DNA from: Eledone cirrhosa
Taxonomy: Eukaryota
DNA length: 64,000 nucleotides
NCBI GenBank assembly: GCA_964016885.1
Contig: OZ024751.1
Coordinates: 25,916,001 to 25,980,000 of the forward strand
Direction: 5' to 3'
Positions 12,195-23,677 of the stretch are shown here, in pieces. The number at the start of each line of letters is the position of its first letter. The first letter of the stretch is position 1. Below the pieces are notes generated by a model. That model made no database searches and had not been told where the DNA came from. It saw only the letters and a list, made by a program, of their open reading frames with translations. A program made the translations under genes and the position numbers.

Positions 12195-14759
12195 TATCAT
12201 AGAGGAATTGAAGCAACGCATTGTAGCAAAGAGTGCCAAAATCAGGCGATACGAGAACAGAGTCAGTCAGTATAAACAGAACCGCATGTTCGACAACAAC
12301 CAGAAGATGCTGTTTGGACAGCTTGAGGGGAAAGAAAGAGGCACCGACTTGATCCCTGGGGCGGAACAAGCTAAAACATTCTGGAGAGGAATATGGGAGC
12401 AGGATGTTAGACACAATGCCCAGGCAGGGTGGATTGAGACAGTACAGAGGGAGATCGGTGAGCAGGCACAGCAACAGACTGATTTGAGTATCACAGTTGA
12501 AACTCTTAAGGGGCAAGCCAAAAAACTAACCAACTGGAAATCACCAGGCCCAGATGGTGTGCAGGGGTATTGGATTAAACATTTAACATCCCTCCACCCG
12601 AAGCTGACGGCCATGTTCAATGACTGCTTGGTGTCGGGTGAGGTGCCAGAGTGGTTGACAAAAGGTACCACAGTTCTGATAATGAAAGACCAAATCAAGG
12701 GTAATGATGTCACCAACTATAGACCTATCACATGTCTGCCCGTAATGTGGAAACTGTTGACGAGCATTGTGTCTGAGGAAATCTACCATCACCTCCACAC
12801 AAACAACTTGTTGCCGGACGAACAGAAAGGATGCCGAAAGAAGTCACGTGGTACAAAGGACCAGTTGCTTATTGATAAGATGGTAATGGGGAATTGCAGG
12901 AGGAGACACACTGATCTTGCCATGGGATGGATAGACTACAGAAAGGCATTTGACATGGTGCCTCATTCCTGGATCACCAAAAGCCTGGAGATCTTCAGGG
13001 TGGCAGATAACATCAGACAGTTGCTGGGCAGGAGTATGGGGTCCTGGGAGACAGAGTTGACATCAACTGGAGTATCCTTGGGAAGCGTGAAGATCAAGAG
13101 AGGTATCTTCCAGGGAGATAGCCTGTCCCCTCTGTTGTTTGTCCTTGCCCTGATGCCCTTGACCATTATGCTGCGAAAAGTGAGAGCAGGATACAAGTTG
13201 GGAAGGGGAGAGCTTACCATCAATCACCTCCTCTTCATGGACGACCTTAAGCTCTTCGGGAAAAGTGAGAAGGAGTTGGATGTGCTTGTTGACACTGTCC
13301 GTATTTTCAGCAGTGATATATGTATGCAGTTTGGTATTGGTAAATGTGGAGTCATTGTGATGAGGAGGGGTAGGTTGAGCAGAAGTAACGGGATCCAGAT
13401 ACCAACAGGTGAGATGATAAAGGAAATTGACTCTGAGGAAGGATACAAGTATTTGGGCGTTCTGGAGGCTGATGGCATAAAGAACAAAAAAATGAAGGAA
13501 TTGTTAAGAACTGAATACATTCGGAGAGTAAGGAGCGTATTGAAGTCACATCTGAACAGCAGAAATGCCATAAGCGCAGTAAATTCCCGAGCTGTGTCTA
13601 TTATTAGGTACAGTGCGGGAATTCTGAGATGGAATGTTGCTGAACAAAAAGAAATGGATAGGAAGACTAGGAAGCTATTGACTATCTACAACATGTTCCA
13701 CAAGAGGAGTGACGTCGATAGACTCTACCTAAGGAGATCTGAGGGTGGAAGAGGTCTTATCAGCATAGAGGACTGTGTTCAGATGGAGAAAAACAACCTA
13801 TACAAATACGTGACCTATAGTAAGGAGCCAATGCTCAGAGCTGTACTGAAGGAGGGGACAGTAGGCCAGGGGATACCCAAGGAGGAAATAACATCAAGGA
13901 GGAAGAGCAGCCTTAAGGGAAAATCCCTTCATAGTACCTTCTTTGAGAAAACTGAATTTAGAGATCCACAGACATGGAACTGGTTGAGAAGAGGAGACCT
14001 CAAAAAGGCTACAGAAGGAATGCTAATGGCTGCGCAGGAGCAGGCCCTCAAAACGAAGTGGTTGAAGCACCATATCTACAAGGAGGAGGCTAGCCCACTG
14101 TGCAGGATCTGTGGAGAGAGAGAGGAGACTGTGGCTCACATTGTGTCCGAGTGTAAACACCTAGCCCAGACCCACTATAAGGGCTGGAGACACGATGTGA
14201 TGGGCAGGGTGATCCACTGGCACCTGTGCAAAGTAAACAATCTACCACATTCTGAGAAATGGTATGAGCATAGGCCAGAGGCGGTGATGGAGAACAATCA
14301 GGTGAAGGTGCTGTGGGATTTTAGGATACAGACGGACAAAAAACTGGAACACAATAGACCTGACCTGGTGGTTGTGGACAAAGAAAAAAGATCGTGCCTG
14401 ATTGTGGATGTGGCCTGCCCGTTCGACACGAGAGTGCAAGAGAAGGAGAGGGAGAAAATTAACCGATACCAGGACCTAAAGTGGGAGGTGAAAAGGATTT
14501 GGAACTGCCATGAAGTCAAAGTGATCCCGATTGTCATAGGCGCACTGGGGACTATCTCCAAAGGTTTCCAGGGATGGTTAAAGAAAATCGGCCCCTTCAC
14601 GCTTTTTGGAACGCTTCAAAAGGCATGCTTGCTTGGAACGGCAAGAACCCTCCGATACGTCCTGAATATCTGAGGCTGCAGGTAGTGGCTTGATATTCAA
14701 TCCAACGGACTTTCCAGTTAACCAACATCAATGACTGAGATTCAAGGAATAACAATAAC

Positions 14760-14795
<36 letters not shown>
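12193..14795 (+). mobile_element. 5'-truncated Dong/R4-clade non-LTR retrotransposon in (TAA)n
   Basis: Near-identical to ~15938-18565; starts mid-ORF directly after (TAA)n; same 3' UTR and (TAA)n tail. Confidence 0.95.
12208..14673 (+). CDS. Truncated RT + CCHC + restriction-like endonuclease ORF (821 aa)
   Basis: NYRPITCLP, WIDYRKAFD, GIFQGDSLSP, LFMDD, YKYLG, CRIC..H..C, RHD, RPD..D..P; no native start. Confidence 0.9.
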   Translation: MKQRIVAKSAKIRRYENRVSQYKQNRMFDNNQKMLFGQLEGKERGTDLIPGAEQAKTFWRGIWEQDVRHNAQAGWIETVQREIGEQAQQQTDLSITVETLKGQAKKLTNWKSPGPDGVQGYWIKHLTSLHPKLTAMFNDCLVSGEVPEWLTKGTTVLIMKDQIKGNDVTNYRPITCLPVMWKLLTSIVSEEIYHHLHTNNLLPDEQKGCRKKSRGTKDQLLIDKMVMGNCRRRHTDLAMGWIDYRKAFDMVPHSWITKSLEIFRVADNIRQLLGRSMGSWETELTSTGVSLGSVKIKRGIFQGDSLSPLLFVLALMPLTIMLRKVRAGYKLGRGELTINHLLFMDDLKLFGKSEKELDVLVDTVRIFSSDICMQFGIGKCGVIVMRRGRLSRSNGIQIPTGEMIKEIDSEEGYKYLGVLEADGIKNKKMKELLRTEYIRRVRSVLKSHLNSRNAISAVNSRAVSIIRYSAGILRWNVAEQKEMDRKTRKLLTIYNMFHKRSDVDRLYLRRSEGGRGLISIEDCVQMEKNNLYKYVTYSKEPMLRAVLKEGTVGQGIPKEEITSRRKSSLKGKSLHSTFFEKTEFRDPQTWNWLRRGDLKKATEGMLMAAQEQALKTKWLKHHIYKEEASPLCRICGEREETVAHIVSECKHLAQTHYKGWRHDVMGRVIHWHLCKVNNLPHSEKWYEHRPEAVMENNQVKVLWDFRIQTDKKLEHNRPDLVVVDKEKRSCLIVDVACPFDTRVQEKEREKINRYQDLKWEVKRIWNCHEVKVIPIVIGALGTISKGFQGWLKKIGPFTLFGTLQKACLLGTARTLRYVLNI

Positions 14796-14796
<1 letters not shown>

Positions 14797-14833
14797 CCAC
14801 ACAAGGGCCAAGTGGGATTAGATATATACTCAC

Positions 14834-14909
<76 letters not shown>

Positions 14910-14910
<1 letters not shown>

Positions 14911-17900
14911 CCACACAAGGGCCAAGTGGGATGGCGGATCCACAGATGGCTATGTAAACATACATTCGCCAATCCTCGATAAGAGTGTTTAAATATCGAA
15001 CATAAACAGTTCGAATAACGGTGAAATGGAGACTAGAACGTCATGTGACAGACTCTCACCCAACAGGTGCCCCCTGGCTCAGCAGCAGGAACCTGACTGT
15101 CAACCAAATACTGCTGATGTTGGAGGAAGAAGAAGAAGGAAAGGGGCCAGAACCAACTGGACGAAAGAATTGAATAGAACTGTTATGCAATGCTACCTGA
15201 AAAGTAACCCCAAGGAGAGGGGCTACAGGAGACGGATGCATAACATCTGGAACGAGATTGGTTTATTTAAATTAGATGAACAAAAATTGGCCGGGCAGGC
15301 TCGGGTAATAAGAACTAATGGGTGGATAAGCGAGCTGGAACTGGAGGAACTGAGCAGAGAGAATGGCTTGGAGATGGCGGGTGTAGTATGCCAGACAAGC
15401 GAGCCGGTAGGAAATGAAGGTGAGGAGGTCCTGAGAACGGAGGAACCACCCGAAGCAGACAATGATCTGAATACTGAGATAAATAATACCTGGAACAGAG
15501 ATACGGCCACTGAGGAGATGAGTGCTGACGGGCTAGGACAAGATTCGGTTGACATCCTAAATCTAGTGGTAGATGAATTGAACAATGATAGTGGGAGACC
15601 TATGAACCTAAGATTTGTAGACAGGAAAAAGTTAAAAGAAACAACAGCTAAGGTAAACAAAGTCATCCCATACCTTGAGGCGAGGAGTCTTCACCAGTGC
15701 AACAATATCCTCAAAGCAACAGCAAATACGGTGAGGAAACTACTTGGTATAAAAGCGAGAGGAAACAACAGACAAGAAAGAGCAGAGCCGTGGTGGAAGA
15801 AGCGACTGAGTGGGCAAATCGGGGAAATGAGAAATGACATAGGAAAGCTTGAGTCACTACTGAATGGGACACTAAAAAACATAGGCACTAAAAATAGACT
15901 GGAAATAAAATACAAAACTAGGAGTAAAAAGCTAAATATTATCATAGAGGAATTGAAGCAACGCATTGTAGCAAAGAGTGCCAAAATCAGGCGATACGAG
16001 AACAGAGTCAGTCAGTATAAACAGAACCGCATGTTCGACAACAACCAGAAGATGCTGTTTGGACAGCTTGAGGGGAAAGAAAGAGGCAACGACTTGATCC
16101 CTGGGGCGGAACAAGCTAAAACATTCTGGAGAGGAATATGGGAGCAGGATGTTAGACACAATGCCCAGGCAGGGTGGATTGAGACAGTACAGAGGGAGAT
16201 CGGTGAGAAGGCACAACAACAGACTGATTTGAGTATCACAGTTGAAACTCTTAAGGGGCAAGCCAAAAAACTAACCAACTGGAAATCACCAGGCCCAGAT
16301 GGTGTGCAGGGGTATTGGATTAAACATTTAACATCCCTCCACCCGAAGCTGACGGCCATGTTCAATGACTGCTTGGTGTCGGGTGAGGTGCCAGAGTGGT
16401 TGACAAAAGGTACCACAGTTCTGATAATGAAAGACCGAATCAAGGGTAATGATGTTACCAACTATAGACCTATCACATGTCTGCCCGTAATGTGGAAACT
16501 GTTGACGAGCATTGTGTCTGAGGAAATCTACCATCACCTCCACACAAACAACTTGTTACCGGACGAACAGAAAGGATGCCGAAAGAAGTCACGTGGTACA
16601 AAGGACCAGTTGCTTATTGATAAGATGGTAATGGGGAATTGCAGGAGGAGACACACTGATCTTGCCATGGGATGGATAGACTACAGAAAGGCATTTGACA
16701 TGGTGCCTCATTCCTGGATCACCAAAAGCCTGGAGGTCTTCAGGGTGGCAGATAACATCAGACAGTTGCTGGGCAGGAGTATGGGGTCCTGGGAGACAGA
16801 GTTGACATCAACTGGAGTATCCTTGGGAAGCGTGAAGATCAAGAGAGGTATCTTCCAGGGAGATAGCCTGTCCCCTCTGTTGTTTGTCCTTGTCCTGATG
16901 CCCTTGACCATTATGCTGCGAAAAGTGAGAGCAGGATACAAGTTGGGAAGGGGAGAGCTTACCATCAATCACCTCCTCTTCATGGACGATCTTAAGCTCT
17001 TCGGGAAAAGTGAGAAGGAGTTGGATGTGCTTGTTGACACTGTCCGTATTTTCAGCAGTGATATATGTATGCAGTTTGGTATTGGTAAATGTGGAGCCAT
17101 TGTGATGAAGAGGGGTAGGTTGAGCAGAAGTAACGGGATCCAGATACCAACAGGTGAGATGATAAAGGAAATTGACTCTGAGGAAGGATACAAGTATTTG
17201 GGCGTTCTGGAGGCTGATGGCATAAAGAACAAAAAAATGAAGGAATTGTTAAGAACTGAATACATTCGGAGAGTAAGGAGCGTATTGAAGTCACATCTTA
17301 ACAGCAGAAATGCCATAAGCGCAGTAAATTCCCGAGCTGTGTCTATTATTAGGTACAGTGCGGGAATTCTGAGATGGAATGTTGCTGAACAAAAAGAAAT
17401 GGATAGGAAGACTAGGAAGCTATTGACTATCTACAACATGTTCCACAAGAGGAGTGATGTCGATAGACTCTACCTAAGGAGATCTGAGGGTGGAAGAGGT
17501 CTTATCAGCATAGAGGACTGTGTTCAGATGGAGAAAAACAACCTATACAAATACGTGACCTATAGTAAGGAGCCAATGCTCAGAACTGTACTGAAGGAGG
17601 GGACAGTAGGCCAGGGGATGTCCAAGGAGGAAATAACATCAAGGAGGAAGAGCAGCCTTAAGGGAAAATCCCTTCATAGTACCTTCTTTGAGAAAACTGA
17701 ATTTAGAGATCCACAGACATGGAACTGGTTGAGAAGAGGAGACCTCAAAAAGGCTACAGAAGGAATGCTAATGGCTGCGCAGGAGCAGGCCCTCAAAACG
17801 AAGTGGTTGAAGCACCATATCTACAAGGAGGAGGCTAGCCCACTGTGCAGGATCTGTGGAGAGAGAGAGGAGACTGTGGCTCACATTGTGTCCGAGTGTA

Positions 17901-18504
17901 AACACCTAGCCCAGACCCACTATAAGGGCTGGAGACACGATGTGATGGGCAGGGTGATCCACTGGCACATGTGCAAAGTAAACAATCTACCACATTCTGA
18001 GAAATGGTATGAGCATAGGCCAGAGGCGGTGATGGAGAACAGTCAGGTGAAGGTGCTGTGGGATTTTAGGATACAGACGGACAAAAAACTGGAACACAAT
18101 AGACCTGACCTGGTGGTTATGGACAAAGAAAAAAGATCGTGCCTGATTGTGGATGTGGCCTGCCCGTTCGACACGAGAGTGCAAGAGAAGGAGAGGGAGA
18201 AAATTAACCGATACCAGGACCTAAAGTGGGAGGTGAAAAGGATTTGGAACTGCCATGAAGTCAAAGTGATCCCGATTGTCATAGGCGCACTGGGGACTAT
18301 CTCCAAAGGTTTCCAGGGATGGTTAAAGAAAATCGGCCCCTTCACGCTTTTTGGAACGCTTCAAAAGGCATGCTTGCTTGGAACAGCAAGAACCCTCCGA
18401 TACGTCCTGAATATCTGAGGCTGCAGGTAGTGGCTTGATATTCAATCCAACGGACTTTCCAGTTAACCAACATCAATGACTGAGATTCAAGGAATAACAA
18501 TAAC

Positions 18505-18565
<61 letters not shown>
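14910..18565 (+). mobile_element. Apparently full-length Dong/R4-clade retrotransposon
   Basis: 116-nt 5' UTR starting gccacacaagggcc after (TAA)n, single long ORF, ~75-nt 3' UTR, (TAA)n tail; Dong elements are known (TAA)n-specific inserters. Confidence 0.95.
15026..18418 (+). CDS. Dong/R4 polyprotein: RT, zinc knuckle, RLE endonuclease (1130 aa, intact)
   Basis: ATG start; N-terminal WT..N..VM.CY..S.P..RGY..RM..IW motif; RT motifs including FMDD; CxxC..H..C; PD..D endonuclease. Confidence 0.95.
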   Translation: METRTSCDRLSPNRCPLAQQQEPDCQPNTADVGGRRRRKGARTNWTKELNRTVMQCYLKSNPKERGYRRRMHNIWNEIGLFKLDEQKLAGQARVIRTNGWISELELEELSRENGLEMAGVVCQTSEPVGNEGEEVLRTEEPPEADNDLNTEINNTWNRDTATEEMSADGLGQDSVDILNLVVDELNNDSGRPMNLRFVDRKKLKETTAKVNKVIPYLEARSLHQCNNILKATANTVRKLLGIKARGNNRQERAEPWWKKRLSGQIGEMRNDIGKLESLLNGTLKNIGTKNRLEIKYKTRSKKLNIIIEELKQRIVAKSAKIRRYENRVSQYKQNRMFDNNQKMLFGQLEGKERGNDLIPGAEQAKTFWRGIWEQDVRHNAQAGWIETVQREIGEKAQQQTDLSITVETLKGQAKKLTNWKSPGPDGVQGYWIKHLTSLHPKLTAMFNDCLVSGEVPEWLTKGTTVLIMKDRIKGNDVTNYRPITCLPVMWKLLTSIVSEEIYHHLHTNNLLPDEQKGCRKKSRGTKDQLLIDKMVMGNCRRRHTDLAMGWIDYRKAFDMVPHSWITKSLEVFRVADNIRQLLGRSMGSWETELTSTGVSLGSVKIKRGIFQGDSLSPLLFVLVLMPLTIMLRKVRAGYKLGRGELTINHLLFMDDLKLFGKSEKELDVLVDTVRIFSSDICMQFGIGKCGAIVMKRGRLSRSNGIQIPTGEMIKEIDSEEGYKYLGVLEADGIKNKKMKELLRTEYIRRVRSVLKSHLNSRNAISAVNSRAVSIIRYSAGILRWNVAEQKEMDRKTRKLLTIYNMFHKRSDVDRLYLRRSEGGRGLISIEDCVQMEKNNLYKYVTYSKEPMLRTVLKEGTVGQGMSKEEITSRRKSSLKGKSLHSTFFEKTEFRDPQTWNWLRRGDLKKATEGMLMAAQEQALKTKWLKHHIYKEEASPLCRICGEREETVAHIVSECKHLAQTHYKGWRHDVMGRVIHWHMCKVNNLPHSEKWYEHRPEAVMENSQVKVLWDFRIQTDKKLEHNRPDLVVMDKEKRSCLIVDVACPFDTRVQEKEREKINRYQDLKWEVKRIWNCHEVKVIPIVIGALGTISKGFQGWLKKIGPFTLFGTLQKACLLGTARTLRYVLNI

Positions 18566-18566
<1 letters not shown>

Positions 18567-19791
18567 TTTCTTTATTGGCCACAAGGGCTGACATCAAGAA
18601 AAACATTACAGACGGCACAGGACGGTACAGGACGGTACAGGACGGTACAGGACGGTACGATGTGGGTTTTGTGCGTGTAAAGATTTTTATTATTTATAAA
18701 AAAAAAAAGAAAAAAAAGACATAGAAACATATATATATATATATAAACAATAAAAATGAAAATTGAAACAATGAAAAATTCCCTAATAGGGGGGAAACCT
18801 CTGAGGGTTACTCGTGGCGAAAACCGCACAAAAGACCACGGCTACTCTGACCACCAGGGCAAGTGCCCTCTCTCAATTTTTCCATTTCTCAAACTACAGG
18901 CGTATATTCAGAGCGGTCCCGTTCACTCGGGCCATTCTCGCTACATTCACCCACCTTTCAACAAACTTGCTAGAAGGCAGCACTTGCCTCTCCACCCTGA
19001 TTTTTCTCTTCAAGTGAAACTTGAAAAAGTTAATTAGGGATTCGCCGAAAGTATCTGTCTTTAACCCTTTCAACCTTGTCCACCACACAATCTCTTTCGC
19101 TATGGCCACCAGGCAGATGAAAACCGCCTGCCCTTCCTCCTCGAAGGAAAACGGCGAGACCATCTGCACAATGGACTCAGTCGATAACCGGATCAGTCCT
19201 ACACGCGACAGCAACTGTTCGACATAGCTCCACAAGTCAGCAATGCTCGGGCACTGAACGAGTGTGTCCTCGACGGTTTCGTCGCTCTGCGCGCATCTCG
19301 GACAGGCTCGGCTGACGGCACTTCCGTGCCTGTAGAGCTTATCTCGAACCGGCAACGCTCCCCGGTAGCACTGCCAGGCCAGGGATTTTTGGAAGTTATC
19401 CATTGGCTCTGGGCTGAAAGTTCTCCGGAAGAGAGCAAAAAGCTGATCTTCTTCGACGCCCAGGATCTCTCCGAGAACGTCGTCGCTCTTCCTCTCCACT
19501 AGTCCTCTATAGAACGCCGAGGTGGATGTTCCACCGATACTGGTGCCTAGCTGGCAGAGGGTAGTGAGCGCCTGGAGACATTCCAGTTTCCAAGCGCTAT
19601 CCCTCGGTCTTTTCCTGACCCAGGACTGCAGCTCCGTCAAGGAGACGAGCTGTGGGAAAACCGTCAAGGGAGCACCTGTTCACCATCAAGGAAGCACCAG
19701 AGATGTCGCAGCCTCAGCGCATGTTTGCGCATCATCAGCCATGGCATGCCCAGTCCTCCACGCAACGGGTGTTGACAGCAGATGGATCGTC
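18566..19791 (-). mobile_element. 5'-truncated L1/Tx1-like LINE (ORF2 C-terminus, zf-RVT-like)
   Basis: ORF 18894-19667 with WQCYRGALPVRDKL..CPRC..ETVE..LVQC; 3' UTR with 10-bp gacggtacag repeats, AATAAA and an (ATT)n tail on the minus strand. Confidence 0.8.
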
Positions 19792-19818
19792 TATAATAAT
19801 AATAATAATAATAATAAT

Positions 19819-20277
19819 GACTCAAGCATTCCAATGTCTTTTCTCATTTCCTTCATTTGACCATTCAGTCGTTTCTTCCACCAAGGTTCTGATCTGTCTT
19901 GTTTGTTGTTTCCTCTCGTTTTTATGCCAAGTAATTTCCTCACCGCATTTGCCGTTGCATTGAGGATATTGTTGCATTGGTGAAGGTTCCTTGCCTCAAG
20001 GTATGGGATGACTTTGTTTACCTTAGCTGTTGTTTCTTTTAACTTTTTCCTGTCTACAAATCTTAGGTTCATAGGTTTTCACTATCATTGTTCATTTCAT
20101 TTACCATTAAGTTCAGGATATCAACCAAATCTTGCCCTAGCCCGTTAGCATTCATTTCCTCAATGGCCGTTCCAGATGTTATTTATTTCAGCATTCAGAT
20201 CATTGTCTGCTTCGGATGCTTCCTCAGGTCTCTCAACCTCTTCACCTTCATTTCCCACTGGTTCGTTTGCCTGGCAC
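19819..20277 (-). pseudogene. Diverged internal Dong/R4 fragment (N-terminal ORF region), inverted
   Basis: MNLRFVDRKKLKETTAKVNKVIPYLEAR..EPWWKKRL matches the 15026 ORF with many substitutions. Confidence 0.9.
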
Positions 20278-20282
20278 ATACA

Positions 20283-20395
<113 letters not shown>

Positions 20396-20901
20396 GAAAC
20401 ATTCTCTCTTTGGAAAAACAAGGTAACCGTAATCTTGTAATAAGAAACACCTAAAAAACACTAAATATAAATCATAGATCGATATAGTAATATCGATCAT
20501 GCTATCACCTTTCTGTTGAAACAGCGAAATATTGATTTATATAATTTTATATATTTTATGAGTTTTTATTTTAGCTCTACCTGCGAGGGTATATTTTAAA
20601 ATAGACCGTTCGGTTTTCAGTAATGTTACGTTCAGTTCAGCTTGCTAGGAGATATGACGAGCCAAGGCGCGGAATTGACTCGCTAGATAGTGAAGTTATA
20701 GTCACATCTTCCCGCTTTTATTGCAGAGATCTGACACCGCTGACATTAATTTTGACAATGAACACATACCCACACACATACACACACTCACACACACACA
20801 CTCACACATACGCACATACACGCGTACGCACTCATATACACACACACACACACATACATACGCGCACACATACATATACACATACACATGCATACGCACA
20901 C

Positions 20902-20932
<31 letters not shown>

Positions 20933-21170
20933 CATGCATACGCACACACATACATATACACACACATACACACCCACACCCATGTGCACACCCCCACACA
21001 TACACCCACCCACACACATACACAACCAAACACGCAAACATCCACACACACACACACAGATATCTGCACACACACATACACACACATACATACACCCCCC
21101 AGACAGACAGCAAGACATTTTTGTTTGACCTTTTAACGATTCTGCCATTCCACCGCCATTGTCCCTTCTC

Positions 21171-21239
<69 letters not shown>

Positions 21240-21252
21240 AATGATGATGATA

Positions 21253-21284
<32 letters not shown>

Positions 21285-21319
21285 AATGTTGATGATGATG
21301 ATGATGATGATGATGATGT

Positions 21320-21735
21320 TTTCTTATATAGGCACAAGACCAGTAATTTCGGGGGAGGGGAAAGTCGATTAAATCTACCCCAGTACATTACTGGTACTTT
21401 ATTTTATCGACCCCCGTAAGGATGAAAGGCAGAGTCAACATCGGCGGGACTTGAACTCAGTCTGTAAAGGGACGTAACTCTATGCTAGAAAGCATGGCGT
21501 CCGACTCTCTACCGATACTGCCAATCAACCGCCCTCATATACTCATATAATTGTTTCTACTTTTGGCACAAGGCCAGCAATTATCCCAGTGTATTACTGG
21601 TACTTTATGTTCTCGACCCCCGTAAGGATGAAAGGCAAAGTTAACCTCGGCGGGATTTCAACTCAGACCGCATATGACCGTACCTCTATGCTGCAAAGCA
21701 CGGTGCCTGACGCTCTACCGATACTGCCAATCCAT
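21320..21735 (-). mobile_element. Two tandem tRNA-derived SINEs (~21320-21533, ~21548-21735)
   Basis: ggatgaaaggcaaag..ctcggcgggatttgaactcag core and head in both copies. Confidence 0.85.
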
Positions 21736-21920
21736 CCCCACCCTCCTTCACCACCACCCTTATTGTCATCCCAGTGATTATCATCCTGTGAAATATTATA
21801 AGAACTGCTGTGAAGATGGTAATTGTTCTGACTATCACGACCAACATAATTACTATCTTGAATTGGCAGCTGATTAATTTCTTGAAATATCTTTGAGGTG
21901 AGTTGTTCCTAATAAGACTT

Positions 21921-22064
21921 TAATTTTATGGCCTATTAACTTCCTACTTTGTGTATAATTACAATATATATATATAAGTGTGTGTATGTGTGTGTGTGAG
22001 CGTGCGTCTGTGTGTGTATGTACGTATGCATATATTATCCACACCTACATACTCATATATATAA

Positions 22065-22146
<82 letters not shown>

Positions 22147-22160
22147 GTGTGTGTGTTTGT

Positions 22161-22244
<84 letters not shown>

Positions 22245-22333
22245 AAATATATATATATGTATATATTGAAATTATGCACACAGTAAGTAGGAATTTAATA
22301 GGTCGTAAAATATATTCATATATAAACAATATA

Positions 22334-22401
<68 letters not shown>

Positions 22402-22445
22402 TATATTGTTTATATATGAATATATTTTATGACCTATTAAATTAT
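21921..22445. mobile_element. Short TA-associated family, three arms in alternating orientation (21921-21968 +, 22262-22340 -, 22392-22445 +)
   Basis: ttttatggcctattaacttcctac vs gtaggaatttaataggtcgtaaaa vs ttttatgacctattaaatt; (TA)n at the hairpin centre. Confidence 0.65.
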
Positions 22446-23053
22446 ATATATATAAGGAATGTATAGTTTACTTGAAACATTGTATATGATATAAAGAATT
22501 CGAAGTTTGAAAGCCACGACAATGTAGGTTTCGACAGAGAAAAATTAAGACGTAAGAAATAGGGCTTGTCTTTTTACCTTAATTTATTTATATGTCCTGA
22601 TATTTTGAGATTAATACCTCTTCTTCCGAGTAAAATAAAGGAACTATTCCAGTGCCCCGTGTGGCTTGCTATACCATGCTGGCCGGAAGTGATTTTATTA
22701 TTTATTTATTTGGTTTCTTTTTCTAACCTCTTTTGTGTTAAAATTAAGGTCTGGGCAGGTCAAAGAGAGCACAGAGTTGTTTCCCTTTAAATCCGCTTAG
22801 ACGCATATATACTAATACGCGCTGACACACACGTGTATGCAAACATGTGTGGGTTTAAACACGCACACAAATACGTAAACTCACATGGGTAGAATCGTGT
22901 AAACAAATGGATGAATATACACGATTTCTCCCAGATGGCATAATATGGCCGCAAGAAATAAACATACGTTTGGAAACGATGAGCGGAATTTTAGATTTTT
23001 CATAACAAGCTTTCTAAATAATAAGGCAAAACTGAAAAAAGGGACACTACTAG

Positions 23054-23084
<31 letters not shown>

Positions 23085-23222
23085 GGGTCCAGAATTAGCC
23101 GTCGAAACGGCTTGAGCTCAGCCGTCGGGGTCCTACTCGTTCCTATTACCCACTCTACTACCCTTATTGAGTACTTTGGTGCGTTATGGTCCACCTGGTT
23201 CCTTACCACATTTCCTTCGTTA
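23085..23222 (+). mobile_element. Short family B element (3' half of hammerhead + tail) in (TA)n
   Basis: attagccgtc GAAA cggct-tgagctc-agccg TC ggggtcc followed by the conserved tail. Confidence 0.8.
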
Positions 23223-23242
23223 TATATATATATATATATATA

Positions 23243-23575
23243 TTACGTTTTTTTATTTGTTTTGTAAGATTTCTCATCTGAAAATGTGTATAGCAACATA
23301 TATTACACTCTGGGGGTGTCATGCTGCCAATAAAAACCTTAGGTTTTGTGTACACAAAAACAAGATGGGTTAGGACAGTACAAAGGTGAGACAAAAAATA
23401 ACAAATCAGTCACTGAGGAGGTCACATATGTGTGACGAAAGAGCTTTGGCAATATATAAACAACCATCCGGTTATTGAACCAACCAACTGAAAAGTTATA
23501 ATGAATTTAAGTGAAAACCAAGAGGTGTGTGTGTTTTTATTGGCAACATGGCCTTCGCAAAGTATAACAATATAC
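23243..23575. mobile_element. PLE pLTR family C, fold-back insertion (3' end on minus 23243-23340; plus arm ~23372-23575)
   Basis: Both parts align by eye to the 3' UTR at 34885-35180 of the GIY-YIG fragment. Confidence 0.75.
23409..23450 (+). ncRNA. Minimal type I hammerhead ribozyme motif (family C)
   Basis: gtca CTGAGGA g gtcaca-tatg-tgtgac GAAA gagc TT tggc. Confidence 0.65.
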
Positions 23576-23594
23576 ATACATACATATACATACA

Positions 23595-23677
<83 letters not shown>

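Noticed and set aside
14910-15025. HDV-like ribozyme in the Dong 5' UTR
   Set aside because: A hairpin and a tcctcg motif are present, but I could not assemble the P1-P2-P3-P1.1-P4 order.
12139-18345. Numerous minus-strand ORFs over the Dong elements
   Set aside because: Antisense shadows of the RT ORF with no independent motifs.
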